The notes below the pieces were generated by a model. It saw nothing but the letters and a program-made list of their open reading frames with translations. It did not search any database and was not told the DNA's origin. A program made the position numbers and the translations under genes. From assembly GCA_030704615.1 (NCBI GenBank), contig CM060734.1:14260001-14324000 (forward strand): a DNA stretch of 64,000 nucleotides. Direction: 5' to 3'. This DNA is from Takakia lepidozioides. Lineage: Eukaryota; Plantae; Bryophyta. Below, one piece after another: positions 49,257-62,455 of this stretch; position 1 is the first letter of the stretch; each line of letters begins with the position of its first letter.

Positions 49257-51760
49257 TGTCGCGGCCCTTTGCCTTGAGGGCAGGGGGTCGGGACACAAGA
49301 GGGGCTGCCCCTGTGGTGGGGGCAGTGGCAGCGATAGGTATGGGGGGGCTGAAGCACCCTTGAGTGCCCAAGGCACTCAAGGAGGCAGAGGCGCTCACTA
49401 GGTGAAGCCCCGCACACCGGGTTGCGGTGGGGGTGGCTCCACAAGGGGTGGTGGTAGCTTAGCGGGACTTAGTGGGGTGGCATAGGACTCACCCTGGGGC
49501 GGAGACCTCGTGGTGGGAGTCGTGGGGAGTCTTGGGACTCATCACGGTCCATAGGGGCCGTGGTGGGTGGGCCAAGACTCACCGCGACTCATCACCGGGA
49601 GTCGAGGGTGTTCGTGGTGGTTCGCCATAAAATGGCATGGTTGTTTGTGAAACCCCCGCGGACAGCTACAGAAGTATATATAGGGAGTAGTAACCCCGAG
49701 AACGGTGCAAGCCCGTTGGTGACCAAAAACTAGTGAGTAAGCGAGCGAGCCGGAAAGCGACCAAAGAGTGGTCAGCTGTTCCGGACTGCCAACTACCGAA
49801 TGGAATTCCGCTGGTTCCAAATCATTGGAGGGTTCTTTGGGAGATCAAAGGGGGACCGTTATGCCCCGGTGAGCAGCCGGAGCTCCAAGTTGGCCGGGCG
49901 GCCAGGTTGGGAGTTAGGCGCGCGCATCAAGCGAGTAACTATGACTTGAGGGGGGAGCTTACCGAAGTGAGGTGCGCGACACTTGGTATCAGAACTTAGA
50001 GTTCAGTACGCGATCATCCTTGGGATTGGCCTCATCATGGGGTCGGGCAAGCCAAAGCGAAAGTGGAACGGCCCAAAAGATGATGATCCTGGTGAGCCCG
50101 ATGGGGACGACGTGTCACCGAGGCGGCCGTTTGAGGAAGCGATGCATGTTTTCAAAAACGAGGCCGCTCAAGAGCGGGAGGAATCTAAGGAGTTGGAGCC
50201 TGAGGAATCTCTGAGAGCTCCGACTGACCAACAGATGCCTCCCATGCCGGCAGCCTTTTGGGAAGGGTTGTTGGCGCAATTTGGCGGGACGTTGAAAGAC
50301 GTGTTGAAGGCGGCTAATGCCACTTCCACTAAGGCAAAGTTTAAGGTGAAGCCTAAGGAACCCGGCACCTTCGAGGGCGTCCAAAATCGGAAGGCACTCA
50401 ACACCTGGCTCTTGGAGCTAGAGCAGTACTTCCGGGCGGCCAAGTTGAGTGACGAGGATCGGGTGGAAGTGGCTCCCACCTATTTGAGGGGCTATGCTCA
50501 ACAATGGTGGCAGAAACGCCTTCACAACCGAGGTCCAAGCCCGGAAACCTTGAACTGGAGTGGGTTCAAGGAATTGATGAAGAGGCAGTTTGTGCCCCTC
50601 AACGCGTCCTGGCTCGCCCGGGACAAGATGAGGAATTTGAAGCAAACATATGACATTCGGGGATATGTCCAAGCTTTCAATGTGCTGTTGCTCGAAGTCG
50701 CGGACATGGCAGAACCAGAAATGGTCTTCAACTTTGTGGCGGGACTGGCCCCATGGGCCAGGCGGAAGTTGGAGGAGAAGCCACCTAAGACTTTGAACGA
50801 GGCAATTGAGGGGGCTGAATGTTTCTCGGATGTCCCTAAGGGTGAAAGACAAGGCCGTACGGAGCTGAACCACAAGACGACCCGGCGGGAAGGTGACTCC
50901 TTCCGACCGGAAAAGAAGTGGGATAGGCCACGCGGCGACAATGGCACGTGGAAATCGAAGGGAGGGCCTTCACAAGTCAAGGCGGCACCCGGTGCTTCGA
51001 AAGGAAAAGCGGGTGGAGCAGCCTATGGCGGACAGAAGGCGACCTTTGATGGAGTGTGTTTCAATTGCGGGGAGCCCGGGCACATGGCCAAGAAGTGCAC
51101 GAAGCCCCAGCAATTGAACATGACTCGGGCGACCACAAAGCTGTCGGAAGATACCATCAGTCGCTTGGTGGAAGCGGTGGTCGCCAGGACTTGCAAGGTA
51201 GGCAAATTTTCTTGTGAGTTGTATCAGGAAACTGGCGCCTTACGTAAAGGGAGTCAATTATTGTTCGTGGATGGGATAATATCCGGAACTAACGTGTCGT
51301 TGTTGGTGGACACAGGAGCGCCGCACTCCTTCATGACACCGGCAACGACACAAAAGCTGGGACTCCCGACAAATGACGTGGGGGCCTCTATTGAGGTGCG
51401 TTCTGCTAAAGGAGAACCGCAATTGGCGACAAGGTTGGCGTTTGATGTTCCTCTTCAACTAGGGAGTTGGGAAGGACGTGAGAACTTCACCATCTGCGAG
51501 ATCGATGGAGTGGATCTCATTTTGGGGATGACCTTTTTGAGCAAATCCGGAGCGGTCCTAGATGGCCGCAAAAGAGTAGTCACGCTGCCATGTGGGAATG
51601 GTGGCGAGGTCTTACGAGTGTCGGAAACGCCCAAACCCGTGGGAGGGCGAATAAACCTTCTGTCAGCAAGGGAGTGGGCCGTGGAGGAGGCACACGAGCC
51701 CCAGTTTTTGCTCTACATTAGAGAAGTGAAGGGAGAAGGCGATGGGGAGCCAATTCGGGC
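49257..51760 (+). mobile_element. Ty3/gypsy 5' half: LTR, PBS, gag, protease; truncated
   Basis: LTR 49257-49981 with TGTCGCG..CGCGACA ends; tRNA-Met PBS TGGTATCAGA at 49984; gag (WLLELEQYF, YLRGYAQQWW, LKQT..I..YV..F); knuckle CFNCGEPGHMAKKC; protease LVDTGA..DLILGMTFL. Composition shifts abruptly at ~51760. Confidence 0.95.
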
Positions 51761-51848
51761 TGCACATCTTCTGTCCCCATTCTCATATTCTGCCAATCGC
51801 TTTTGTATGTTTATATATGTCTCATTTGTTCTTTTGGTTGCGTTGCAG

Positions 51849-52235
51849 ATTACTGAGGTCTTCTCGGTTTTATATCCAGCCCAACCTCCATTCAAATGTA
51901 TCTACGGAAATTGTGGTTTTCCATATATTTTCATTCAGGCTGAGGGTGGTTTGTATTTCTGCAACACATGCCAAAACCTATATGCTTGTGCACTACAAGG
52001 ATGCATCAATGGATGCATCAATGGATGCATTGTTTGCCCTACTAGAAGAATAGATTGTCAAGTAAAAGGAGAATGGCTCATGCAAGCCATTGTTGGTTTC
52101 ACTGAAACTGACTTATTGCTTGCACATAGGGAAGATCATGCTACCATTGTTAGTCGTCTTTCCAAGGTTCGTTTGTCTGGAGTGTTTCATCTCAGCCCTG
52201 TTTCCAAGGTTGTTGGATTTGATCCTACGCCTTGA
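51849..52235 (+). pseudogene. Exon resembling the RPA70 C-terminal Zn-OB fold (Helitron-associated RPA-like)
   Basis: Acceptor TTGCAG at 51848; YPA....C...C....GLYFCNTC..Y.C.L...I..AIVGFTETDLL has RPA DBD-C-like spacing. Confidence 0.35.
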
Positions 52236-52769
52236 TGTATTGTCATCTTCATTTTTGGATGATCCTTACATTTTGGATCTCTTAGAAATGCAACATATGT
52301 TGTTTTCTTTTGGACTGACCTAAGTGATAAGACTTTCGTAGAAGCAATTATCTTACTTCAAACTATTTGTTTTCTGAAGTACTCTTTATCTCTATCGACT
52401 CTTCGTCTCAAGAGAATTGTAATACATTTGTTCGGAAAAACATTATATTATTTTCACTACTTTGCATGGGTATAGATTCTCCAAGTACATTCAGTTCAAT
52501 TCAATTTTATCCCCGCAATTTATCCCCTCATTTTCATCCCCACATCTTTTATTATAAAGTCAATCACTGGAATTTCCCAGTACAAACGCACATACCACTT
52601 CAAGCGCAGATACAAATATTTTTGTTCTTATATAGACTTTACATTTCCTAATTCGATCCATTCAAAATTTCCAAATCCACATAAAAAATAAACCAAAGTT
52701 AGTTATAATATTTTAAATTTAGAAAAATCAAACAAATTCTTTCTAAATGGATATAATTTTATTTTTCAA

Positions 52770-53957
52770 AGCGAGCATCTACAACGAGTCCAAAATTACA
52801 ATTATAATGTTGGTGATTGCTTATTTGATTCTATTGCCTATTTATTACACTATTCTTAAACTTCTTCAATGTTGCGTCATCGGCTACTTTTATACAATCT
52901 TTGGAAACGCCTACTCAAAACACAAATGAAATGCTGAACACATCCACTTCTCTCCAGAGGCTCTATTTGAAGTATATGACATACACTCTATCCACGAATT
53001 TAGACACAAAATGGCTATAAGTGTAGCTAATGGAGGTTAGGAAAGCGACAATCGTGTCATTTTCTGTCTAACAAATTATTTGCAAAGACCAATATCCGTA
53101 TGGTCGATATCTATATGGTCTCGTACAAACGGACAAATTATGTTTTCAGCTGGTGATCATTTTCTATCACGTACACCTCTTCAAGTTTTATATGACAATA
53201 AAAATGCTGCCCATAGTGGTCATTATGAACCCATTGTCGCCGAGCAACTTCAATAGGCATGCCCCCAACCGTTGCACCACGACTTGCCTACACGTACACA
53301 ATCGAATGATTCTGAACAAATTTTTATTTCTATGAATAGTGATGTTAGTGCCATTGGCACAATATCACGCAAGGCAAAATGAAACCGTTCTGCAAACCCG
53401 GTTAATGCATCCACCACACAAACAACCCGTTTTAAATGGTCAACTACCTATGATGACGAAATGTTCAATTGTACGACTAACTTCCCATCGTTAACGCTTA
53501 AAGATATTGCAGATAGGTTTGCCAAAGAACACGCAGATTTGTCCGTGTCCTTTACCCAAATTTATTCTCATTTGAGCTATATTATTACAAAATAAAAATC
53601 AAAAAATTGTTAATGAACAAGACTCTCTATCAAAAGATATAACTGACAATTTCATGGCTAAATCTCCTTCTATTAATGTCACGTCTTCTGTCTGTAACAG
53701 ATTCAACTTTCAAAACTCAATATATGGAAAAGTTGCAGGATACTCCAATTCATCCATGCATATGTTGTCATAGGCTATGGTTTAAAAAACAAGTTGTTAA
53801 ACTCACTAGAAATCATGTGCAAAAATTAAGTATTTATATTCCGACTATAGTTAACATAGGTGATGACTCATTAGTTTTATGTCGAAGTTGTAAATCATAA
53901 GTTGCAAAAAATAAATCTCCTAAATACATTGTGCCAAGTACTATAAGATTCTTCCCA
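52770..53957 (+). mobile_element. Helentron/Helitron2-like RepHel N-terminus: OTU protease and Cys-rich domain, decayed and truncated
   Basis: Manual translation gives LQRVQNYNYNVGDCLFDSIAYLL (GDC at 52812-52820), YLQRPISVW..PLQVLY..GHYEPI (GHY at 53218-53226), then P.HPCICCHRLWFKKQV..LCRSCKS..KSP (53676-53950). Confidence 0.7.
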
Positions 53958-55703
53958 TGAGTGGAATGCCACAAACCCACTTGCAGTCGATTTACCCTGC
54001 TGCTCAGCCAAATGTGGCAACACCTGCTCTCCCCATGGGCATGATGGCGTCACATCTGCCAACTTCAACTGCTGTAGGATCAACCAGCAATAATAATATG
54101 AGTTATAATTTTGCATCTAATATTGGATATGTGCATATTAGTAGTGCTGCTCCCATGGTTCCCTATTGCCCTGCTCATGGGTTTGTCCTCCCTGGTCACA
54201 TCAACCATAGCCTGCCTTGTCATTGATCCCTCAGTTGACTACTCAACCTTACCTAGAATATACCATGGGAGAAGACTTTGATAGATATCTTCAGATGTTT
54301 GAGGTCACTGCTAGTGTCAATGGAGTGTCTGAGAATTTCAAGATGGCGATCTTTAGGATGAGCATGAAGGGACCAGCTCGTGACTTGCTGCATGCAGCTG
54401 TCATGGATGATCCCAGCCTCAACTGGGCAGCTCTGGTGGAATGGGCGAAGACCTTGTTCAAACCTCCTGAGATGCCTCTAGATTGCTTTACCAAGCTTTC
54501 TGCCAGGACTTACCAACCTGGGGAATCCTTATGGAAGTATTACATGGATCTTAAATTTGCTGTCGTTGAAAATATCAGTTATATGATTGGGCTCAACGAC
54601 GTCATTTTGTTAATGACAAGACTATGTTAGCATAAATTAATCTTAAAATGGTAGACTTGGCTGACAGCAAATCAATGCAACATCATGCCAAGTTTCAAGC
54701 TCCAATGGGCTCAGAGCTTGGCATGTCTGCTACATCCTCACCCTATGTTCCTCCTGCTATGCTATACAAAACTGATGACTTTGCTCTTCAGGGATTGGCC
54801 AATACTGTGGGAAGTCTTAGTGAGTCTGTGGCCACTCAGTTTGCTGCCATGCAGGCTCATCAATAGAGGTGGCAGCCTCGACATGGCCAAGGACCAACAG
54901 GTGGTAGCAATAGAGGTCGAACCCAGACTGGACAAGCCTATGAGGGTAATCGTGCTGTCTGTCACATTTGTGGGTCATTTGAACACTGGACAAAGCATTG
55001 TCCAAACAGAGCACAACTACCAGAGCTGATCAAGAACAAGAAGACAATTAGTGGCTCTTCCCCTCCTTTAAACTAGAAAGACCTCTTGGGAAGGAGGCAA
55101 GAGGTCCATCATCTACCAACCCTACTTCTTCTGTTCCGATTCAAGCTGTTTTATCTACTAACTTTAAAGCTTTGCATTGTCCTCTCAGTAGACAGACTGC
55201 TGGCCAGCAGATCAGTCCCTTCATGGCCCAGTGTCATATCCATGAGCTCAACTTTCCCTGTGTAGTTCATACTAGATGCACTATATCTGCTATACTTTTA
55301 AGTGTTGTAAAAGTTCTTGGTCTTAAACTATGCCCTGCCACAGGTATTGAGGTACTAATTGCAGATGGATCCAGGTATGTGCCCTTAGGACTAGTCACTA
55401 TTCCCATCAGAATTCATAAAAAGGAGGTTGTGGTGACCTGCATAGTTACCATTGGAGATCAATTCATTCTAGGCCTTGACTGGATGACTAGAGCTGGTGC
55501 CACCATCAGCTTAGTAGACTACTCCCTTCGCTTTAACAATAGAGAAGGGCATCAAGTAGTGGTTCCCTTGAAAGTAGCGTAGCTACGGCGTGAGCCTAGC
55601 CCCGTGAGCTTGGGAGTTGAGCTCACGCTTGGCTAACGTGACGTGAGCCCAGGCTCCCTCTGCATGACGTGGCATTCACGCCATGTAAGCGTGAGCGTCC
55701 GAC
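53957..55703 (+). mobile_element. Decayed Ty3/gypsy gag-protease fragment followed by a probable LTR end
   Basis: gag (EDFDRYLQMFE..MKGPARD..W..L); knuckle CHICGSFEHWTKHC at ~54958; decayed protease VVHTRC..IADGS..PLG..ILGLDWM; GC-rich 55575-55703 ends CCGACA. Confidence 0.8.
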
Positions 55704-56029
55704 ATGTCAGCAGATGTCATAACACATTTGACAAAAGATAAGATACCTATACCCGAGGGACCTATAACCGTGGGAATACGCATTTACAGTATGCCGACTT
55801 ATGCTGCATATTTCAAACAAACCGACAATGAAAAGAGACTCATTCACTGCAACGTTGTGCAGTCTGCCAACTTAAGCTGCATACTGCAAAGAAACCGACA
55901 TTGAAAAGAGACCCGTCTAGGTTCACTTCCCCTTCCTTTTTTTTTTGTCTCTCCCCTCACCTGCAGGTCCATTTTTGTCTTTCGAGAGAATGTTCTGAGC
56001 CGGTGTACTGTCAGGCAAAAAAAAAAAAA

Positions 56030-56930
56030 TTGCGTGTGTGGGATGGGCAGCTGCAGAGCAAACGTGCACCGCAGATGCCCTGAAAACAGTGTGCGGCACC
56101 GCACACTGTTTTGAAGGCAACTGCATGGGAACGAGAAAAAAAAAAACCGTGTGTGAGATGGGCAGCTGCAAAAAAAATGTGCACCGCAGATGCTCTAAAA
56201 GTAACCGGCACCGCACACTACTTTCAGGGCATCTGCGTGGGAATGAAAAAAAAACAAAACGTGTGTGGGATGGGCAGCTATAGAGAAAAAAAACACCGCA
56301 GATGCCCTGAAAACAGCGTGCGGTGCCGCACACTGTTTTTCGGGCATTAACGTGGGAAAGAAAAACCCAAAAATAAATAAATAAATAAATAAAAATAAAA
56401 ACATGTGTGGGATGGGCATATGTAGAGAAAATGTGCTCCACAGATCCTGAAAACAGTGTGCGGTGCCGCACACTGTTTGTCAGGCAGCTGCGAAGAAACG
56501 AAAAAACGAAAAAAAAAAAAAAAACTCTTGTGGCATGGCCATCTGCACAGAAAACGTGCTCCGCAGAAGCCCTGGAAATAGTGTGCGGTGCCGCACACTG
56601 TTTTCCGGACATCTGCGAAGGAACGAAAAAACGAAAAAATGATTAAAAAAAAATAAAAAAAACTTGTGTGGAATGGGCAGCTGTTGAGAAAATGTGTTCC
56701 GCAGATGCCCTGAAAACAATATACGGCACCACACACTGTTTTCAGGGCATCTGCGTGGGAACGAAAAAAAAAAAAAACAACAAACGTGTGTAGGATGGGC
56801 AGCTGCAGAGAAAACGTGCACCGCAGATGCACCGAAAGGAGTGTGCGGTGCCGCACACTACTTTCAGGGCATCTTCGTGGGAACAATAAAAACAAAACGT
56901 GTGTGGGTGCCACAAACTACTTTTCAGGCA
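56030..56930. repeat. Tandem array of ~8 units (110-140 bp), each with a ~54-bp near-perfect palindrome, separated by A-tracts
   Basis: Consensus GTGTGGGATGGGCAGCTG..GCAGATGCCCTGAAAACAGTGTGCGG-NN-CCGCACACTGTTTTCAGGGCATCTGC..A(n). Confidence 0.95.
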
Positions 56931-58252
56931 TCTAGGAAGGAACCTGCCAAAAGTGCATTCGCTTGTGTCAAGTCAAACCGCATACATTGATTTCATTCCG
57001 GCCATCCTGCAGAATGTTTCATTCAAATACAAGGACATTCATCCATTTCCAAGCATGCAAGGGCTTAGTATGTACACCACATCTAAATTACACTATTCCA
57101 TGTGGGCGATTTTCACGTGTCCAAGCCTCAACTCCACTCCGCTAACTTTTGGGTCTGGGGATCTGCACTGTAAGCTGCTACTACGTTTGGACTGGTAAGA
57201 AAGCTTCATGTAACCAGCACCCTCATTCTCTCTCACTTCGGCAATTGAACACTAAACAATATTTAAACTAATTCTGGACTTTTGTTTGGTCCAAAAATAA
57301 TACAAGATATATGAATAATTATAATCTATAATAGAAATAAAGAGATATATCTATAATTATTTGACTATTTGTGCACTATATAATAACAAATTATGTAATC
57401 CTCCACACATTCTACGCAAAAATACAAGTATGTATTGTGGTCTTAGATGAACATCCACTGCCAAGTTGACGTTCATTAAAAGGAATGGGAGGATGCAATG
57501 AATCAAACAATGATGAGAGCTCCGATATCCAAAATGACATCCAGAAACAAACATGGAATAATGGCAGAACCAAATATGAAACAATGATGGCATGTGATGA
57601 AGAGGACAACATGGAAAAACGAGTCTGTCGGGACCTGATTGATGATATGAAACATTCATTCAATTTTATTGAGATTATATCATTCAAGGCGATGGACCAA
57701 CAGGAAAATGAACGTCAACTGTCCATCGGTTCATGGACTTAATGCCATACAAGCCATTGATTCTGAAGGCATAGAACAGTTACAGCTTATACTAACTCAA
57801 TAATAATACTGAGCCTCCTCCCAAACGGCTCGCAGTCAAGGCATGTGTCCGAAGACGCCTCCGGTTACCATAGCCACTTGCAACGGTCTCCGCTCCAGAG
57901 GACACGGAGATACTTTCAGGAAGGTGAAACCGGCTGACATTGTCATCTGAAATGTTACTGCCAACTCTATTTGATGCCCTTGAAGCCTCCCGGCACGCCC
58001 GCCATTCTCCCATCACGCAGCTCTTTTTCCTCTTTAGAATTCGTTCATTGAATGTAACTAGGGAGAGGCGATGGAAATGACAAATGTTAGGCCCAAAGTG
58101 GAAGTTTTGCATATAAATATGTTGAGGTAAGAGTGCAAATGCAGCTGCAAAAGAATTGGAAAATCAAATTATGAACAAACAAGAGAAGAGTGGGATCCAC
58201 GTGCCTACCAAGGTAATCAGGTTCATTTTGTTGTGGGATCCAAATACGAGGA

Positions 58253-58925
58253 TCAAGATATCTTCCATACCAGGCCCAACAGCATGGTCTCGACCAATAG
58301 GCTTATGAGAACACTTCGTCCGGTTCTCGCTAATGTAATCAACGACTGTTGAAGCTCCAGCCATCTCCGATATATATGCCACACTGCTTTTGTCATATCA
58401 TCCTCATCCCGGTCATGCAATCCGTTTGGTGAAGGCTTGAATGAGAAAGGGAAGAATCCAGTATTTTGTGGGTTTTGCAGGCCTTTTGATGGCTCATCAT
58501 CTACAAGAAGTATTTGCCCCTGCGTAGCAAACGGTCTACCAGGGTACCTGACAATAACACTTCGAGTATCCTTCACGAGATATTTCATCCCGGGCCTGAT
58601 ATAACCGGTGGTATCATCCTCAGCAGATCATATGAAGCAAAACTTCTTTGTTAATTTTCCGTGGGACGAAGCTCTCCAACATCCTACAAAGAACCCTCTC
58701 TATCACACATGACCAAATGGCCACGTGAAAATGCTTCAATGCAAGGTCCAGAAACTCCAAGACTCCAGGCCGAGGCACCACAAACGGTTAGTCAGGAACT
58801 TGAAGTGTCACATTCCTGAAACGAAATTTCTCCTTAAACAGTTCACCGCCGGTTTGGGGTGGCCGGTAGCAGAGGAGTCGTTGACACTCGAAAATTAACA
58901 ACATCCGTTTCCTCTTCCCCGCTGT
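58253..58925 (-). pseudogene. FCP1/NIF-like HAD phosphatase homologue, catalytic motif lost
   Basis: KRMLLIFECQRLL..PFVVPRPGVLEFLDLALKHFHVAIWS..LVKD..QILLVDDEPSKGLQNPQNTGFFP; internal stop and frameshift. Confidence 0.75.
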
Positions 58926-60563
58926 TTGCATGTAAAGGATGAGAGACAAAGTTATCCTGAGCAGGTTAATCACACACTTGACATTATTGTTAGTGTTTCT
59001 TCTGCCATGAAAAATACCCACGACCCAGAATGATTGAGTGTATGGAAGATCAACACGATTGTGTAGAAAATGGCAAAATACTGCACAATGTTGTGGGCTT
59101 GGAATGTTTGAAGAGGAGGGTTAATATTGCTAAGAAGAGGAACGTCGACTACCCAGTGGAGGTTCAGGAAAGTACCTTGTATGGAGGGAAATTGATGAAG
59201 GTATCGGGCTGCATCCCCGCCTGTTGAGAAAAGATGGAGTTAATTAGTGCATAACCAAACGAACAGAAAAAGAAAGTGGAGAAATGATATCGAATAATAA
59301 CCGATGTTGCCTTATTGGAAAGTCTCGCTGGCGGGCTTGGCATCCCAATGGACGTGTTTTGACGAGACCCCGGTATGTCCGAGGTATTCCTTTTCTTCCA
59401 CCGATTTGTAGAAGAGATGGAAATGGTTTGAGGGCCCTATTCCGCTTCCTCGATGCAGAACATTGCGCCAACACTGCAGGGTTGGAAAGCCCAGAAGTTG
59501 CAATTGAAGTTTCGGCCTTGTCCTCGTCGAAAGGGTTTCGGAGAAGGGGAACGGAATGGAAATTGTCCCTTGAGCACTCCACATCTTGAATGGAATTCCA
59601 CGTAACGAAGGGATTACCTCGGCAACAGATTTTCAATGAAGACGTCGTTTGACAGGAAGTCACAATCTGCAGATTTCTGGCCTGGAGTAAAACAAGAACA
59701 TCATACCCAGTACTAAAGGAAAACAAAAGGACGAGTTAGAAGTCAGATATAAGTACTTTTACCTGACTCCTTCTGATTTGGGTTGTCCAACCTTCGTGCT
59801 GGGGAGAGAAGGAGGGAAGAGAGGCAACATTGTGCTGTGGAGCCGCAACCTCAGCTGTGTCCTCAACGGATGACATTCTCGAGGTAGATTTCACACCATT
59901 GACACTTAACACAGAGGGTGAGGATTTAGAGTGAGGTCCCCGAAATCTCCTGCACATTTGTCAAGTTGGCTTCCCCTTCGACATTCAATTCTAAACAAAC
60001 CTGCGACAGAACATCCTTTTCAGGAATTGGACTGAAGAAGAGGGTCGTGCAATTGAAGGGAAGCCAGTGCCTGGATGATGCTTCACCGTCGATGACAGAA
60101 ACTCAACAATAGTGTGAATGTTGTCCCTCTGTAGACGAATTCTGATATGGAGGATTCCCAAAGGAGGTCCCGACAAGAAGTTTGGCATCATCAGCATCGC
60201 CAATGAACCTGCAGAAACAAACTTAAATTCAATGTAACAGACACAGGATAACCTCCACTACCCAGTGGAGGTTGTCGGATTTGAAAAAGCCCTCGAGACG
60301 AGTTTTCGGAGAAGGCCCCTGTATCTCAAGGCTCGGGATGGTATGGTGTGGAGAAACGCTTGGATGAGACTAGGAAATAGCAAAACAATTCCATGTCAAT
60401 TCAGATTGAAAAGGAAATCACAATACACAACAGTTTTTCTAGAGAAAAAACAATACAACCTATAAAAAAAACCAATCAAGAATAAACATTGAATCACAGA
60501 CGTGGTTGATCAATAAAATCTTTATTTGAAGCATCATATCGGAGATTCCCGTAATTAGAATCA

Positions 60564-61255
60564 TCAACATAATCCAGGAGAGGGCTTAAACTTGGGATCG
60601 GTGGAAACATTCTGACAAGGCTTAAGTCCTATCCTCTTTCCCTGAGATAACTGGAAACCGTGTGAGATTTCTTCATTCCAAGCAAATATTTCTGAAGAAA
60701 CCTTCTGGAGATAGCAAGAGTCCGTCTCAATGGATTCAAACGATTTTAGAATCAGGCAGGATTCAGACGGGTTCAACACACACTTAATAGCTGAATCGTC
60801 AATAAGTAGAGTGTTACTCAGGTTGTACTGACCACCAAATCTTGCCAGACCGTCATCAATGGCTTCAAGAACAGACTCGGCGGGTCGTATCCTGATATAA
60901 ATTGAGGGGGTGGACAGAAGTAGGACGAGAGATACAATTTTCTGAGACATAACGAATGCCGGTGAGGAAGACCCCGAAGCATAAAGTCCAGTATAGGCTG
61001 CAAGTTCTTGTACATCATGCAGGCTTTTCATATACCTAGACGGAAATGTTTGTTCAACTCTGTCCACATCTCACGATATTTTTCCCGCCTATAGACAAGT
61101 CGAAATCCAACAGAAGCTGGTATCCTGTAGTCTGTCTCGGACATTCGGGGGACACAATAGCTCTTCTGGTGCTTCAAGACTTTGCACAAAACTCCATTCA
61201 GGTCAAAAATTATCAAGCGCAATCCTTTCGCAACTGGAGAAACTGGTGCTTGCAA
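60564..61255 (-). pseudogene. FCP1/NIF-like HAD phosphatase homologue (DLNGVL variant)
   Basis: LRLIIFDLNGVL..VYRR..HFRLGI(W>stop)..NTLLIDDSAIKCVLNP..LKSF; frameshifted. Confidence 0.8.
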
Positions 61256-62455
61256 TTTGTGAGAAATTCATACATCCACTCAGGTGGTAATCAAGATAAA
61301 CCAAGGATAGGATTGACATTGGGAACAACGTCCATTGGACAGTCGAGGTTCATGAAAATCTAGAGAAAGCCATTACGTTTCAAATTGTTCCAATGAAGCA
61401 TCAGGAAATTTTTGTTTTCTAAGATAAAACCTGTCACTGCAAATCCCATAGCAAGAGGCATTTGACCTTTGGTTCATTATACGGTGGACATCCTATGGGT
61501 TTTTCCATGTTGAATATATCAGCGTCTTTTCCGGCGAAAACCGAAACTCTTCCAGGTGCGGTTTGAGTTCATCAAGAAGAAACCTGTCCTTGGAGGGTCG
61601 ACGAGCACTTATATTCGACTTTGGGTTTTAAGTACGACGTATACATATTTTCTACAGTGTCGATAAGCAGCGTGGTTGATTTGTACGCTACAAGGGTCGT
61701 CTACAGTTGTGAAAAGGTCGTATAGACGTTTAAGATATATTGGCCGCTTTCGAATATTGGGCCATTCGGCACTGAACGTCTGTCTATGCTTCACGCAGTT
61801 CTCATTGCTGAATTCCCTGACTTGTAAAACCTTCTTCCAAACAAAGCCAGCCCTATATCCAGGAATTTCTAACGGTTGAGTTTCCAAAAGTAGACTCAAA
61901 ATGCTTAAGGACCCATTTCAGAAGTCGTCCAACCAATTCGGACATACTAAGCTTGAACCAATTCGGACATACTAAGCTTGAAGAAGAACAGAACAATTAA
62001 TTTATTTTGAAAACTAGAAGAAGGACAAAGAAGAACATAGCTAAGATGGTTATGAGGTGTATTCCCGTTTCGGGGAGGGGTTCCGAATTTTCTGATGGTG
62101 CTACTCGCTCTCTTTTCCTTCGCGGTGACCAACGATCATCTCCGGCTCATCTCCTCCATCTCGCAACATCGACTAGGTAGTGGAGGTTGTTTGTTTGACC
62201 GATCAGTTGGGCTGCCCTTATTTTAAGTCCACATGCCTCCTCACTGTTGAGTCGCTATGGATTCTATCCGGGTTTGTGTGATTTCCTCCAATTTCGTTCA
62301 TGGATCTATACGAGTTTTCTTACCGTCAGTCACATGTAAATTTCAAGAAGGTGGAAATATAAGATACAGATCAGGTTTTGCAAAAAACACAACCAGATAC
62401 AATACACACAATTTGTTCCATTATAATGCTTGAAGACACCATAAATCTCCAGGTG

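Larger units (their letters stand above)
45720..62189. repeat. Dispersed 24-bp palindrome AACCTCCACT-N4-AGTGGAGGTT, 8 copies
   Basis: Copies at ~45720, 45984, 46116 (partial), 48779, 48977, 59140, 60250 and 62164. Confidence 0.9.

Noticed and set aside
49983-52235. 750-aa ORF as a genuine gag-protease-membrane/Cys-rich protein
   Set aside because: After ~51760 it reads through a truncation junction and an intron-like T-rich tract into an unrelated exon.
57505-57640. C/D snoRNA-like boxes (RTGATGA..CTGA)
   Set aside because: Spacing is atypical, with no terminal stem or recognisable rRNA antisense element.
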